From IMG/VR virus record IMGVR_UViG_3300042383_001692: 64,000 bases of DNA; one strand, written 5' to 3'. Positions 62,778-64,000 of the stretch are shown here, piece by piece; within the stretch, counting starts at the first letter, position 1; each line of letters starts with the position of its first letter. Made by a program: the position numbers and the translations under genes. The DNA is from an uncultured virus (IMG/VR IMGVR_UViG_3300042383_001692). Taxonomy: Duplodnaviria > Heunggongvirae > Uroviricota > Caudoviricetes. A model generated the notes under the pieces. The model worked only from the letters and a program-made list of their open reading frames with translations. It did not search any database and was not told where the DNA came from.

Positions 62778-64000
62778 CTAATACTTTCTAAACGTTCTCT
62801 TGTAAAACGTCGACTGAATTCCGTTTTCAAGATTGTATAAGCTGCGATACATTTCGATGTTTGCAGCCTTCAACAACTGATCCACAAATTCAAACATTCC
62901 AGACGATTGGGACTCTCCCATGCCTGTCACGTTGCCGTCGCTGATCCAGATCTTTCGACCTTTCTGCTGCGACAGCCACAGAAGAGCAGGGCCGTCGATC
63001 ACATTGCTGTATCCGACGTCCATGCGCATCTTTTCGATCTGTTCCGCGCCGGCGTATTTCCCATTCTTTCCAAGAATGTATAAGCTTCCGCGATTGATGC
63101 TGCCCGAGTATCCAGCCACGATAGACGCCGGCTGCTTTTCCAGGATCTGAATCACATCCTTTTCTTCGAAACTCATGCTGCCCGAGCAGTCGATCAGCAC
63201 GGCCATCGGCGGAATCGAGCGATCCTTCAGGCCCCACACCTTCATGTCGGTGATAGCGCGGTGCATATAGCGCAGTGAGCCCATATACTTGGGCTTGTAA
63301 GCCTGCTTCCAATTGCGCATCATGGAGTTTTCCAGAGGCATTTCCCGAATGTCCATGTCGCCCCAAATGCAGTCTTCCGCAACTGGAAAATCGTATTCCT
63401 CGACATCTTCAATCAACTGCTTTTGATTTTCCAAAGACCGCTTTGCTTCATTGACGCGCAGAATTAAATTTTTTGCGTATTCCGAAAAGGTTTTTTCGTT
63501 AAAAAGACTGCTTTGCCTTCGAATTGTTTCTTTGCAGTAAAACACTAGGTCGTACAAAGCGCGGTTGATGTCGTGGCCGTAGGGATGCTTGGTCAAAACC
63601 CCGGCAAGATCCCCGACCATCTTCTCCATTTTCTTGCACTCTGCTCGCGTTTCCTTGTTTCTGCTGTAAACCTCGTCGTGCGCCCACGATCCGTAATACA
63701 CGCCAAGCGTCTGAAGCAGATAGCTTGCCTGCGATCCAATTTCCATCTTGCTGAACTTTTCCAGGAATTTCTTTTTGGGAATCAGATCGTGCTCAAACGG
63801 AAGGTGGCGCGAGCTTTTACCAATAAACGCGTTGACCGCCGCGTCCATGCATGCCTGAATCAGGTGGTCATCTGCGCCTTCGTTTTTCATTTCGGTGATG
63901 AACGAAAGCGGCAGAATGTTTCTTTCCGTCATGGCGACATGTCCGTATTCATGCGCCTTCAACGAGCCGTAATTTTTCTGCGTGATCATCTTGCCGTCGA
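62778..64000 (-). CDS. metallopeptidase-motif + VWA (CobT-like) protein, 5' truncated by window
   Basis: HEYGH near N-terminus; MIDAS LIDCSGSM, ISDG. Confidence 0.75.
   Translation of the reverse strand, partial: DGKMITQKNYGSLKAHEYGHVAMTERNILPLSFITEMKNEGADDHLIQACMDAAVNAFIGKSSRHLPFEHDLIPKKKFLEKFSKMEIGSQASYLLQTLGVYYGSWAHDEVYSRNKETRAECKKMEKMVGDLAGVLTKHPYGHDINRALYDLVFYCKETIRRQSSLFNEKTFSEYAKNLILRVNEAKRSLENQKQLIEDVEEYDFPVAEDCIWGDMDIREMPLENSMMRNWKQAYKPKYMGSLRYMHRAITDMKVWGLKDRSIPPMAVLIDCSGSMSFEEKDVIQILEKQPASIVAGYSGSINRGSLYILGKNGKYAGAEQIEKMRMDVGYSNVIDGPALLWLSQQKGRKIWISDGNVTGMGESQSSGMFEFVDQLLKAANIEMYRSLYNLENGIQSTFYKRTFRKY

Noticed and set aside
1..64000. Prophage boundaries/integrase, alternative genetic code, inteins
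   Set aside because: No integrase, att or host genes; genes are intact under the standard code; no intein splice-junction motifs noticed in TerL, helicase or the giant ORF

Overview
The whole window is part of a tailed dsDNA phage genome (siphovirus-like; no sheath, integrase or host genes seen). Positions ~1.3-43 kb (+) hold the morphogenesis operon: MazG, TerL, portal, scaffold, major capsid, adaptors, a glycosyltransferase, tail tube, chaperones, a 6610-aa tape-measure-position giant, a Dit-like gene and two large tail/fibre proteins. A short inverted block containing dcd follows, then a + strand lysis module (SH3 hydrolases, holins). A - strand replication/nucleotide/early region closes the window (ERF, primase, DnaB-like helicase, Cas4-like nuclease, ThyX, tRNA-Arg, DUF5664, SSB, VWA). 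The highlight is the giant tape-measure protein, which reads as an injected polyprotein. It carries a two-barrel RNA polymerase catalytic core (R-x-P ... DxDGD), a RecB-type nuclease, an HD domain, a papain/C39-like domain and a Thr/Pro/Ala mucin-like tract. It also carries an array of compositionally distinct effector cassettes (three HExxH zincins and an OspF/LanKC-lyase-like domain), each opened by a copy of the tape-measure R-A-x-G-G-P-V...G-E motif. Other oddities are two truncated tRNA-like RNAs beside an intact tRNA, leaderless -10/start architecture at five gene starts, and terminator-bounded mini-cassettes at the left end. A Chloroflexota host is a tentative inference. All calls are from motif reading by eye; no searches were run.
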